A stretch of 64,000 nt of DNA, from positions 2,848,001 through 2,912,000 of the forward strand of contig OY762926.1 in the NCBI GenBank assembly GCA_963666735.1, given 5' to 3'. The stretch is from Gemmatimonadota bacterium. GTDB lineage: Bacteria > Gemmatimonadota > Gemmatimonadetes > Palauibacterales > Palauibacteraceae. Under the pieces are notes generated by a model. That model had not been told where the DNA came from. It did not search any database and was given only the letters and a program-made list of their open reading frames with translations. Both the position numbers and the translations under genes were made by a program. Of this stretch, positions 39,776 through 49,359 are shown piece after piece (the first letter of the stretch is position 1; every line of letters begins with the position of its first letter).

Positions 39776-40987
39776 CTAGAAGGTGCAGGGGGCCGACGCG
39801 ACCGGGGCCCCGTCGTCCCGAACCAACCGCAGGCGGACGACGTATTCCACGTCCAGCTCGTCCCGCACCACGCCGAGGAGGCGCGCCGTACCGAGCGCCA
39901 GCCAAGGTTGACGATCGGCCAAGTTCGCGGGTGCCGATCCCAGGTGGCGGCCGCACTTGTCGAACACATCAACGAGTGGGAGATCCGAACCGGATGCAGT
40001 TCTCCGCACCCAGAGCCAGCCCTCCCGGTCCACCCTTAAGTCAGCAATCAACGGCTTGTGTGCCGGCAGCTCCTCGGGTGACCAAGCGGAGTTCTCAGCA
40101 GCGCGCTCGCGCGCGGCGCCCCGAAGGGGCTCGGGCCGCAGCGGGAGCTCAACCGTCCGCACCGTGTCACCCCGCAGCGTCACACGATGGATGCGATAGG
40201 TTCCGGCGTGCGCAAGCCACAAGTCACCGGCGGGATCCACATCCCAGATGACGCCGCTTCTCAAGGGAGCGTCCTGCATCTCACGCAGTTCGCTGTTTCC
40301 GATCCGGTGCAGACGCACCTTCATCCTGACGGTTTCAAGGGGTATCGTCGCCTCCACGGACAGCGAGTCCGTCGGCGTTAGGCGGAGCGCCTCGATCCAC
40401 CTCACCCTTCTGTCATTGGTCAGGTCCGCGGCTTCCCGAAAAACGAATCCCGATGTGTCCGCCCGCGCACGCAACGCGGACAAGCCGAGATCATAGCGGA
40501 TTTCTCGAACGTCGCCGGACAAGTCCATAAGTCGAACGTGGGGAGGATCCCCTATCCAGAGCCGGTCGGGTTCCTGCCAGAGCAAGTCGACGCGTCTAAG
40601 GTAGAACCGGATCTCCCCGGGCCCCTGCCCCTTCCGAAGAGTGGGGCCGCGCAACTCGCCGTCGGACGAAAACGCCTTGATCTCACCGGCGGCGAAGTCA
40701 GCGACGAAGATCGTACCCTCACCGTCAACCGCCAGAGAACCCAAGTCCCCGAACACGTCTTGGCCGGCACCCTCGGCCGCGCCCAGGCGTAGCTCTTCCA
40801 CGAGTCGCAGGGACGCAGTTTCGGGGGGTGCGGGGTTCGCCACGAGCACCCGACCGGTCTCGAGCGTGTAGACGCTCGGGATCGCCTGCGACGACGGCTG
40901 CGATTCGCACGCTTGGAAGCTCGCCAGCGAGACGATGACCGCGCCGCGGAGGCAACCCCCTATGGGCGTCGTGACGGATTCTCGCAA
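39776..40987 (-). CDS. 6-bladed beta-propeller lipoprotein
   Basis: FQAC lipobox, LVEELRLG, RKGQGPGEI, VDREGWLWV, GVVRDELDVEYVV. Confidence 0.82.
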   Translation of the reverse strand: MRESVTTPIGGCLRGAVIVSLASFQACESQPSSQAIPSVYTLETGRVLVANPAPPETASLRLVEELRLGAAEGAGQDVFGDLGSLAVDGEGTIFVADFAAGEIKAFSSDGELRGPTLRKGQGPGEIRFYLRRVDLLWQEPDRLWIGDPPHVRLMDLSGDVREIRYDLGLSALRARADTSGFVFREAADLTNDRRVRWIEALRLTPTDSLSVEATIPLETVRMKVRLHRIGNSELREMQDAPLRSGVIWDVDPAGDLWLAHAGTYRIHRVTLRGDTVRTVELPLRPEPLRGAARERAAENSAWSPEELPAHKPLIADLRVDREGWLWVRRTASGSDLPLVDVFDKCGRHLGSAPANLADRQPWLALGTARLLGVVRDELDVEYVVRLRLVRDDGAPVASAPCTF

Positions 40988-41409
40988 TCTAGCGGCTCAG
41001 CGGGCGCTTCAACCTCTACCAGTGTGATGTGCAGAGTCTTACCGTCGCGCAGAATCTCCAATTCCTGGACGGCTCCCGGCTTGGATTCGCGGAACGGCGG
41101 AGGGGTTTCTCTCGCGTCCAATCCGTTGATGCGCGTTAGGAGATCTCCAATCCGCAGCCCCGCCTCGTGGGCTGGTGAGCATACGGTCACACCGCTTATC
41201 AGCGGAAACGGCCGTTCCTCGACGGAGGGCAACAGGAAGCGACCCTGCGCGTCACGCTCCATTTTCGGGAATCCTCCCGGGAACGGCCGCCAACTGAACC
41301 CCATCCAACCCGTTCCGGGTGCCGGCGGTTTGGCGACTACCTGGCCTTGGAGCGGCTGCACGAGGAACACCGTCAACAGCACAACTGCCGCGGCGGATAT
41401 CCGCCTCAT
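40960..41409 (-). CDS. Secreted single-PDZ-domain protein
   Basis: Signal peptide, GWMGFSW, SPAHEAGLRIGDLLTRING, ELEILRDG. Confidence 0.8.
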   Translation of the reverse strand: MRRISAAAVVLLTVFLVQPLQGQVVAKPPAPGTGWMGFSWRPFPGGFPKMERDAQGRFLLPSVEERPFPLISGVTVCSPAHEAGLRIGDLLTRINGLDARETPPPFRESKPGAVQELEILRDGKTLHITLVEVEAPAEPLDCENPSRRP

Positions 41410-41795
41410 GAAGGTTCTCGCGCAGCACAATCGATGTGCAAGTCGTCAGGGCCACCGTCGTCTTGGCAGCTAAACGAGGCTGTACCCCCCGGGCCCGCAC
41501 ACTTCGTCCAGCAGATACCATACGATTCGTCCAGCAGATACCATACGAACAGGATCGCTATGGCGCTGCAGTTTCTGGATTCAGCGTTTGCGGCGAGGGT
41601 TGCGCCAGAATCGGGCGCGGAGGACGTCACCAGACAGCGTTCCACACTCGGCTCCGGGGTCGCCGCACGGAGCGTCGGTTCCAGAATCATGGACGCACGC
41701 GTCTCGGCGTGGGCCCGGCCTTGCGGCACAAGCACGGCCACCACTGCGGCGACGAGGAGAATTGCGAGGGGAACGAAACGCTTCAACCGGAGCAT
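41406..41795 (-). CDS. Small secreted Cys-rich protein
   Basis: Signal peptide ending AHA, 6 Cys; stop overlaps PDZ start (ATGA). Confidence 0.65.
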   Translation of the reverse strand: MLRLKRFVPLAILLVAAVVAVLVPQGRAHAETRASMILEPTLRAATPEPSVERCLVTSSAPDSGATLAANAESRNCSAIAILFVWYLLDESYGICWTKCAGPGGTASFSCQDDGGPDDLHIDCAAREPS

Positions 41796-41977
41796 GAACC
41801 CTCTCGGGTCTGAGGACTGCTCCCGGGACTCGTTCCCCACATGGATATGTGACGCTCCCGCCATAGGCAAGTGCAGCGCGCAAGGGCTTGGCATGCCCGC
41901 CCCGATGGTTTCCTTCCCCCCATTCCCCCATGTACGTTACAAATCTGCACATATCCCGCTTTCGGCCGGAGGTCATC

Positions 41978-44059
41978 ATGTATCGTGCCGCACGCTTCGT
42001 TTCCGCGAGCCTGCTTCTTCTCCTCTTCGTCGGCCTTTTCGTCGGCATCGCGCCCGTCTCGGCCCAGAACGGCGACGGGACGAAGACCCTATCCCTCGAC
42101 ATGTACATGGACTGGGAACGGGTCTCGAACCCCCAGATCTCTCCGGATGGTCGCCACGTCGTCTACACGCGCGGCTGGATCGACCAGGTCAACGACCGCT
42201 GGGAGTCCACGCTGTACATCATGAACGCCGACGGCACCCGCAAGCGCGAGCTGATCGACGGGTCCGGCGCGATCTGGTCTCCGGACGGTACCCGCATCGC
42301 CTACACCGCATCCGGTGACCCGGAGGGCTCACAGATCTTCGTGCGCTGGATGGACGCGGAGGGGGCGAGGACCCAGGTAACGCGGCTGGAGCACTCCCCC
42401 GGCAGCCTGCGCTGGTCGCCGGACGGCACGCACATCGCGTTCACGATGCTGGTGGAGGACGAGGAGAGCTGGCCGATCGACCTGCCGAGCCGTCCGGACG
42501 GCGCGAAGTGGACGGAGGGCCCGAAGATCGTCACCCGCATGGACTACCGTCAGGACCGCCGGGGATACGTCGACCAGGGCCACTCTCACGTCTTCGTGGT
42601 TCCCGCCGACGGCGGCACGCCGCGCCAGCTCACCGATGGGATGTGGAACCACGGCAACCCGCAGTGGAGCCCGGACGGGAGCGAGATCTACTTCTCGTCG
42701 CTGCGGGAGGAGGACTCCGAGTACAACTGGCGCGAGTCCGAGATTTACGCGGTGGACGTCGCCTCGGGCGCGATCCGGCAGCTCACGACGCGCCACGGGC
42801 CGGACGGCGGCGCCTATCCCTCGCCCGACGGCAGCCTCATCGCCTACGCGGGACAGGACTGGAACGACGACACGTACCGCAACTCCCACCTCTACGTGAT
42901 GAACCCGGACGGTTCGGGCGTGCGGCAGATCTCCGGCGACTTCGACCGCGGCATGCGGGGGAGTCCGCAGCTCATGTGGGCGCCGGACGGGAGCGGCGTC
43001 TACTTCAACGTGAACCGCGAGGGCACGCGCAACCTGCACTTCGCGTCCGTGGACGGGGGCGTGACCCAGGTCACGACCGGCAACCATCTCCTCAGCCTCA
43101 GCTCCTTCACGGAGGACGGGATGGCGATGGGCACGCTGACCGAGCCGCACGGCCCGGGCGATGTCGTCTCCTTCGATCTCGACGATGGCGGCAACGTCAC
43201 GCAGCTCACGCACGTGAACGACGACGTGCTGGCCGGGGTCACGCTCGGCGAGGTCGAGGAGATCTGGTACAAGTCGGTCGATGACTGGGATATCCAGGGC
43301 TGGATCGTGAAGCCGCCCGACTTCGATCCGTCGCGGAAGTACCCGCTCATCCTGTCGATCCACGGCGGGCCGCACGGCATGTACAACACCGGCTTCAACT
43401 TCGGCTGGCAGGAGCACGCCGCGAACGGCTACGTCGTCGTCTACACCAACCCGCGCGGCAGTTCCGGGTACGGGACGGAATTCGGGAACGCGATCAAGAA
43501 CGCCTATCCGTCGAAGGATTTCGACGACCTGATGGCGGGCGTCGACGAGGTCGTGGCGCGGGGATACGTCGACGAGGACAACATGTTCGTCTACGGCTGC
43601 TCCGGCGGCGGCGTGCTCACCTCATGGGTCGTGGGCCACACCGACCGCTTCCGCGCGGCCTCGGCGAACTGCCCGGTCACGAACTGGCTCTCCTTCGTCG
43701 GGACGACGGACGGACCCGGCTGGTACCGCAACTTCGAGCACTTCCCGTGGGACGACCCCTCGGAGCACCTGCGCCGCTCGCCGCTCATGTACGTGGGCAA
43801 CGTGACGACGCCGACGATGCTGATGACGGGGGAGATGGACCTGCGGACGCCGATGCCCCAGACGGAGGAATACTACCAGGCGCTCAAGATGGAGCGGGTG
43901 CCGACGGCGATGATCCGCTTCCGCAACGAGTGGCACGGGACGAGTAGCACGCCGTCGAACTTCCTGCGCACGCAACTCTTCCTGCGCACCTGGTTCGAGC
44001 GCTTCGGGACGCACGACGACGGCGACACCCGCGCCGTATCGGATGACCAAAGCTCCTGA
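41978..44059 (+). CDS. S9 family peptidase (acylaminoacyl/dipeptidyl peptidase)
   Basis: WSPDG propeller repeats, IHGGPH, NPRGSSGYG, GCSGGG, GEMDLR, EWHG. Confidence 0.95.
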   Translation: MYRAARFVSASLLLLLFVGLFVGIAPVSAQNGDGTKTLSLDMYMDWERVSNPQISPDGRHVVYTRGWIDQVNDRWESTLYIMNADGTRKRELIDGSGAIWSPDGTRIAYTASGDPEGSQIFVRWMDAEGARTQVTRLEHSPGSLRWSPDGTHIAFTMLVEDEESWPIDLPSRPDGAKWTEGPKIVTRMDYRQDRRGYVDQGHSHVFVVPADGGTPRQLTDGMWNHGNPQWSPDGSEIYFSSLREEDSEYNWRESEIYAVDVASGAIRQLTTRHGPDGGAYPSPDGSLIAYAGQDWNDDTYRNSHLYVMNPDGSGVRQISGDFDRGMRGSPQLMWAPDGSGVYFNVNREGTRNLHFASVDGGVTQVTTGNHLLSLSSFTEDGMAMGTLTEPHGPGDVVSFDLDDGGNVTQLTHVNDDVLAGVTLGEVEEIWYKSVDDWDIQGWIVKPPDFDPSRKYPLILSIHGGPHGMYNTGFNFGWQEHAANGYVVVYTNPRGSSGYGTEFGNAIKNAYPSKDFDDLMAGVDEVVARGYVDEDNMFVYGCSGGGVLTSWVVGHTDRFRAASANCPVTNWLSFVGTTDGPGWYRNFEHFPWDDPSEHLRRSPLMYVGNVTTPTMLMTGEMDLRTPMPQTEEYYQALKMERVPTAMIRFRNEWHGTSSTPSNFLRTQLFLRTWFERFGTHDDGDTRAVSDDQSS

Positions 44060-44071
44060 CGGTGACTTTGA

Positions 44072-44098
44072 CGGACCGGGGCGCATCGCCCCGGTCCG
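44072..44098. terminator. Stem-loop between convergent genes
   Basis: CGGACCGGGGCG-CAT-CGCCCCGGTCCG perfect 12-bp stem just after S9 stop. Confidence 0.65.
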
Positions 44099-44256
44099 AT
44101 CGTGCTTTTGCAACTCCCGTGATCGTGCTCTTGCAATGCCTGTGGGCGTGTCGGCGCCCCTGTGTCGGCCTATGCCAATCGAAAGTGTGACCTGCAATTG
44201 GCATAAGGCTCCACAGGGACTTCCAGCAACCATCCCCAAGCACCTCGATCGGCCGC

Positions 44257-46932
44257 CTATCGGCCCGGTCCGAGCAGGATGGCGTTCATGAACAGGAGTT
44301 GCGTCGCCTCCGCGTAGGCGCGGTAGTTCGGGTCCTCGGCGAAAGCCACGACTTGGCCGCGCCCCACGGGCTGGTGGATGAGGAACGCCTTGTTCGCGAG
44401 TTGCGGCCTCGATTCCTCCCATACGATGCCGCTCAGCACGAGGTCCTCGAGGCTGGCGTAGCGGCCGACGTTCGTGCCCTCGTCGAGGGTGATGGGACGG
44501 AAGACGCGGGAGCCCTCGACGAGGACGCCGATCTCGCCGTCCGTGCCGGCGGCGAGCCAGTGTTCCGTGTCGAGCCGCGTGCGCAGGATCGCGCCGGGCA
44601 CGCCCTCCGGCGATTCGTCCTCCGGGGAGATCGCCTCGAGGTAGTCGATCGGCTGCTCGGGCGTGCCGGGCTCCGGCGGGTCGTCGCTCTCGGCGCGGCC
44701 GCCCCGGCGCTCCGGCTCGGTGGCGAGGAGCCCGGCCCGCGAGGCCCAGCGCGAGGACTCGGCCATCGTGATCAGTGTGCCACCGTCCCGCATCCAGGCC
44801 CGCAGACGATCCAGCAGCCCGTCGCCCACGACACCGCCGTAGTTGCCGCTCGGGAAGACGATGACGTCGTAGTCCGCCAGCCGCGCGCGGTCGAGGCTCG
44901 AGGCGCGCACGGCTGTCGTGCGCTGCCCGAAGCGCCGTTCGAGGACGTAACGGGCCCAGCCCACGGAATAGCCCCGGCCGGGGGCGTCGTAGACGAGGAG
45001 CACGCGCGGCTCGCGCAGCGCCCGGACGCTGCGGCTGCCGAGCGACATGCCCTCGCGCACGTACGCGTCGTCGATCGGGACGACTTCGGCGCGGTGCCGG
45101 GCGGCGATGCCGGCCAGGCGCTGTCGTAGATTGGGGCCGTTCTCGGCCGCCCGGACGATGGCGGTGCCGACGCCGAAGCGGTGGCCGTCCAGCGTGAACT
45201 CCGCGCCCGCGGCCCGGACACGGAGGCCTTCGCGCAGCGCTTCGGCGACCGCCGCGGCCCCGTTCGTGCCCCACGGGACCAGGTAACCGACGAGCGCTTC
45301 GGGCAGGGGCGCCGCCGAGCCGCCGCCACCGCCGCCGACTCCCCGGCCGCCGCCCTCGCCGCCACCGTTCACCTCCGGGCGCGCGGCGGCCTCGCTCGCG
45401 GTCAGCGGCGCGCCGCGCGCCCCCGTCGGGGCGGTCTCGATCGCCTCCACGTCCCACAGCAGCGGCTGGCTCCACGCCGTCAGGTCGTAGATCTCGTCCG
45501 GCTGCCGGTTCGCCCGGCGCTCGACCTGCCGCCGCACGAAATCCTCCTCCATCGGCACGTGCGCATCGAGGAGGTTGCGGATGAAGCGGTGCGCGGGCTG
45601 CGCGAGCGGCACGATGAAGCTCGAACCGGCGGGTAGCGTCCGGTCGCCGACCGTCACCGGCCCGGAGCCACGGAACACGTCGATCCCGTTCTCGACGAGC
45701 ATGAGGGCGAGCCGCTCCGCCATCCCCGGGTCGTGTGCCGAATGGAGCACGATCTCGGCCGGGCCCCGCTGTCCGAGCGCGGTCCCCTCGCGGAGGAAGG
45801 CGAGGTAGTCCCGCAGGATCCGGTCCCGGCTCCGGGCAGCCGTGAGAGCGGTCTCGATCGCCGCCGTGAAGTGGTGCAGCACGCCGTCGCCGTACGTGAG
45901 CAGGTCGTCGTCCGATTGCCGCAGCCTGAGTCCCCCGGCGCCCGCTTGTTCGTACGTCATCCCCAGCGCGCCGTGCCCCATCGGCCACATGTCCACGTAG
46001 CCGGGATAGAAGAGGTCGTACACGTCCCGGTTGAAGTACGCGAACCCGCGTTCGTCGAAGCGCGCCGCGATCGCCTCGCCGAACACGTCCATGAGCGCGA
46101 CCTGTCGCTCCCCGAACCAGGGGTTGGAGGGCGGCGCGGTGGGGGGGAAGAAGTAGGTCGCGTCCCCTCCCATCTCGTGCAGGTCCGCCACGATGTGGGG
46201 GCGGAACTGGAGGAAGATGTCCACCTTCCCGCGCGTTTCGACCTGGCTCTGGATGAACAGGTCCCGGTTGAGGTCGAACAGGTAGTGGTTCCCGCGGCCG
46301 CCCGGCCACGGCGCGTCGTGCTCGGCGGAGATCCGGGCCTCGTCCGGCCAGCGCGCCCCCGCGACCGAGTTCTGGTACACGAAGCGGTTCCGCCCGTCCG
46401 GGTTCTCCATGGGATCGATGAGGACGAGAGACTCCGAGAGGATGAGATCGACGTCGGGATCCCCGATCGCCGCGAGCAGGTGGTAGGCTTCGGCCATCGC
46501 CGCGCCGCTGGAACTGATCTCGTCGCCGTGGATCCCGTGCATGAGCGCCGTGACGACCGGGAGTTCGGCCAGCAACGCCTCGGCCTCCGCATCGGAGAGG
46601 CCGCGGGGGTCGGCGAGCCGCGCGATTCCCGCTTTCACCTCGTCGAGCCGCGCCATGCGCTCCGCCGAGCCGATGACGAGGACGACGAGCGGCCGGCCCT
46701 CCCAACTCTCCGCGTACTGCATGAGACGCGTCCGCCCGGGGGCCGCCGCGGCGAGCGCCTCCATGTAGCGGATCACATCGTCCGGCGGCGTGACGACCTC
46801 GCGGAAGCCGTGTCCCGCCACCTCTTCGAGCGTCGGAATGCCGGGGTCGTAACGCGTGCCGGGCGCGAGTTCCTGCGCCTGGGCAGGCGCCTGCAGCGCG
46901 GCGGCGAGCGCGAGCGTGGATAGCACGGGCAC
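44257..46932 (-). CDS. M14 zinc carboxypeptidase family protein
   Basis: HGIHGDE, NPDGR, DLNRD, DLHEM; C-terminal glutamine-amidotransferase-like domain. Confidence 0.92.
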   Translation of the reverse strand: MPVLSTLALAAALQAPAQAQELAPGTRYDPGIPTLEEVAGHGFREVVTPPDDVIRYMEALAAAAPGRTRLMQYAESWEGRPLVVLVIGSAERMARLDEVKAGIARLADPRGLSDAEAEALLAELPVVTALMHGIHGDEISSSGAAMAEAYHLLAAIGDPDVDLILSESLVLIDPMENPDGRNRFVYQNSVAGARWPDEARISAEHDAPWPGGRGNHYLFDLNRDLFIQSQVETRGKVDIFLQFRPHIVADLHEMGGDATYFFPPTAPPSNPWFGERQVALMDVFGEAIAARFDERGFAYFNRDVYDLFYPGYVDMWPMGHGALGMTYEQAGAGGLRLRQSDDDLLTYGDGVLHHFTAAIETALTAARSRDRILRDYLAFLREGTALGQRGPAEIVLHSAHDPGMAERLALMLVENGIDVFRGSGPVTVGDRTLPAGSSFIVPLAQPAHRFIRNLLDAHVPMEEDFVRRQVERRANRQPDEIYDLTAWSQPLLWDVEAIETAPTGARGAPLTASEAAARPEVNGGGEGGGRGVGGGGGGSAAPLPEALVGYLVPWGTNGAAAVAEALREGLRVRAAGAEFTLDGHRFGVGTAIVRAAENGPNLRQRLAGIAARHRAEVVPIDDAYVREGMSLGSRSVRALREPRVLLVYDAPGRGYSVGWARYVLERRFGQRTTAVRASSLDRARLADYDVIVFPSGNYGGVVGDGLLDRLRAWMRDGGTLITMAESSRWASRAGLLATEPERRGGRAESDDPPEPGTPEQPIDYLEAISPEDESPEGVPGAILRTRLDTEHWLAAGTDGEIGVLVEGSRVFRPITLDEGTNVGRYASLEDLVLSGIVWEESRPQLANKAFLIHQPVGRGQVVAFAEDPNYRAYAEATQLLFMNAILLGPGR

Positions 46933-47113
46933 ATCTCCGGGTACGGGGGACGGGCGGTCGTCGACTCACTATCGCACGATCGTCGCGGGGGTGCACGATG
47001 CGTTGCACGCGGGGGCGGCCAAGGCGCATCCTCAGGCCGATCCGATCCTGGCAGCCCGTGCCGAAACCCGGCTGCCAGGCCCCGCCGCCCACGGTCCGGC
47101 CGGAGGAGACCCG

Positions 47114-48403
47114 ATGAGCGAACCCGCCGCCAGCGAACCCGCCGCGCGCTCCCGCTCCAGCTTCTGGAGGAGCTTCGGCCCCGGCCTCATCTGGGCCGCG
47201 ACCTCCATCGGCGTTTCCCACCTCGTGCAATCCACGCGGGCCGGGGGGGAGGCGGGGTTCGCCCTCGCCGGCGTGATCGTGGTCGCGCTCGTCCTCAAGT
47301 ATCCGTTCTTCGAGTACGGGGCGCGCTACGCGGCGGCCACGAGGCGGAGCCTGGTCGAGGGCTACCGCGACATCGGCGGCTGGGCGTTGTGGCTCTTCCT
47401 CGCCATCACGCTCGTGACGGCGATCATCTCGCTGGCGGCGCTCGCGATGTTCATGGCCTTCCTCACGCGCTACGCCTTCGGCGCGGAGTGGCCTCTGGCG
47501 GCGACGGCGGCCGTGCTGATGGGCGCCTGCGTGGCGGTGCTCGCGGTGGGGCGTTTCCGCGGCCTCGACATCACGATCAAGATCCTGCTCGCGATGCTCG
47601 TCCTCTCGACCGTCGCGACCGCGCTGGTGGCGGCGCCGCGCGCCGACCTCTCGACGCTGGCGGTCTGGCCGGGCGACGTCGTCGGCACGGTCGTCCCCTT
47701 CGCCTTCCTCCTCGCCCTCATCGGGTGGATGCCCTCGCCCGTCGACGTCGCGGTGTGGAGCAGCCTGTGGACGCTCGCCAAGGACAAGACGACGGGCGCG
47801 CAGACATCGGTCGCGGACGCGAAGCGCGATTTCCTGGTGGGCTTCGTCGGCACCGGCATCCTCGCCCTCATCTTCGTGTCGGTGGGCGCCACGGTCCTGT
47901 ACCAGGCGGACGTCGCGCTCAGCGACGCCGGGGCCGTGTTCTCCACGCAACTCGTCGACATGTACAGCACGACGCTGGGCTCGTGGTCCCGTCCCATCGT
48001 GCTCGTGGCGGCGATGGCGACGATCTTCTCGAGCCTCCTCGCGGTCACGGACGGCTTCCCGCGGGCGATCGAGCGCACGCTGGCGAACCTGCGGGGGCGG
48101 GTTGCGGCGGAGACGGTGACCCGCGTGGGACGCGTCTACTGGTGGAGCATGGTCACGCTCCCCGTCATTGCCTTCTTCATCATCCTCGGTTTCTCCGGCA
48201 GCCTGACCGCGATGGTGGACTTCGCGACGACGGTGGCGTTCCTCACCGCGCCCATCCTCGGCTACTTCAACCTCCGCGCCGTGACCTCGGAGGCGGTGCC
48301 GCCGGAGCACCGGCCGGGCCGCGGCATGGTGACGCTGACCTGGGTGGGACTGGTCCTTCTCGGCGGGACCGGCCTCGCCTACCTGGCGTCGCTCGTCCGA
48401 TGA
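47114..48403 (+). CDS. NRAMP-like (APC superfamily) transporter, paralog of 32042-33541
   Basis: GPGLIWAATSIGVSH, LIGWMPSPVD, DGFPR. Confidence 0.82.
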   Translation: MSEPAASEPAARSRSSFWRSFGPGLIWAATSIGVSHLVQSTRAGGEAGFALAGVIVVALVLKYPFFEYGARYAAATRRSLVEGYRDIGGWALWLFLAITLVTAIISLAALAMFMAFLTRYAFGAEWPLAATAAVLMGACVAVLAVGRFRGLDITIKILLAMLVLSTVATALVAAPRADLSTLAVWPGDVVGTVVPFAFLLALIGWMPSPVDVAVWSSLWTLAKDKTTGAQTSVADAKRDFLVGFVGTGILALIFVSVGATVLYQADVALSDAGAVFSTQLVDMYSTTLGSWSRPIVLVAAMATIFSSLLAVTDGFPRAIERTLANLRGRVAAETVTRVGRVYWWSMVTLPVIAFFIILGFSGSLTAMVDFATTVAFLTAPILGYFNLRAVTSEAVPPEHRPGRGMVTLTWVGLVLLGGTGLAYLASLVR

Positions 48404-49275
48404 GCGCACACCCGGCCGTGGACGGCGCGGCGGGGCCACGCGGTGAGGTGGTGGGGCGGGTCGTGAGCCTACACCGCTATCCCGTGAAGTCGATGGGGGG
48501 AGAACGCCTCGAGGAGGCTCGAATCACGGCGCGCGGGATGGAGGGCGACCGGGCCGGCGCGCTGGTCGACCGCGAAACCGGACGCGTGGTGAGCGCGAAA
48601 CGGCCGCGGCTGTGGGGGGCGGTCTACGATCTTTCCGCGAGCTTCCACCGAGAGAGCCCAGAGCATGGAGAGAACGGGTCCGCGGAGATCCGCGTCCGGT
48701 TCGGTGCCGGCACGACGCTGTCGAGCGCTGCGCGCGGCCGGCTGGAGGCCCGCCTGAGCGCGCTCCTGGGCCGGGAAGTGGCGTTCGCGACGGAGGCGGC
48801 CGGCAGCGCGACGTGCGAGTACCACTGGCCGGACATGGAGGGACTCGTCCAGGACGGGCGGACATACCGCGACGAGATCACGGAGTGGGAACTGCCGCCC
48901 GGGACCTTCTTCGACAGTTCCGGCCTCCACGCCCTGACGACGGCGAGCCTCGACCATCTGCGGGGGCTCGCGCCGGGAAGCGACTTCCACGTCGGCCGCT
49001 TCCGGCCCAACCTCGTGATCGAACCCGCCGACGGGGCGCGGGGCTTCGTCGAGAACGATTGGGTGGGCGGCACCCTCCGGATCGGCGAGGCGCGCCTGCG
49101 GGTGACGAAACCGTGCATGCGCTGCGTCATGGTCACGCTCCCGCTGGGAGATCTCCCGAAGGACCCGCGGGTGCTGCGCGCCGCCTTCGACCACAACGGC
49201 GGGAACGTGGGCGTGAAGTGCGAGGTGGACGGGCCGGGCGCCGTCCGGGTCGGCGACGAGGTTCGCCTCGGCTAG
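48400..49275 (+). CDS. MOSC domain protein
   Basis: LHRYPVKSMGGE, GDR, RFRPNLVI, KPCMRCVM. Confidence 0.92.
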   Translation: MSAHPAVDGAAGPRGEVVGRVVSLHRYPVKSMGGERLEEARITARGMEGDRAGALVDRETGRVVSAKRPRLWGAVYDLSASFHRESPEHGENGSAEIRVRFGAGTTLSSAARGRLEARLSALLGREVAFATEAAGSATCEYHWPDMEGLVQDGRTYRDEITEWELPPGTFFDSSGLHALTTASLDHLRGLAPGSDFHVGRFRPNLVIEPADGARGFVENDWVGGTLRIGEARLRVTKPCMRCVMVTLPLGDLPKDPRVLRAAFDHNGGNVGVKCEVDGPGAVRVGDEVRLG

Positions 49276-49359
49276 CACGGCCCGGTCCGTCTCGGCCGGC
49301 ACGGCCCGCCGCACCGCCGGCGCGGGCGCGGGTCTCGCCTCCGGAGAAGGGAGTCGCCG

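Noticed and set aside
43622..48439. 1605-aa minus-strand ORF
   Set aside because: Arg/Gly-rich shadow frame overlapping well-supported M14 and transporter genes; a high-GC artefact.
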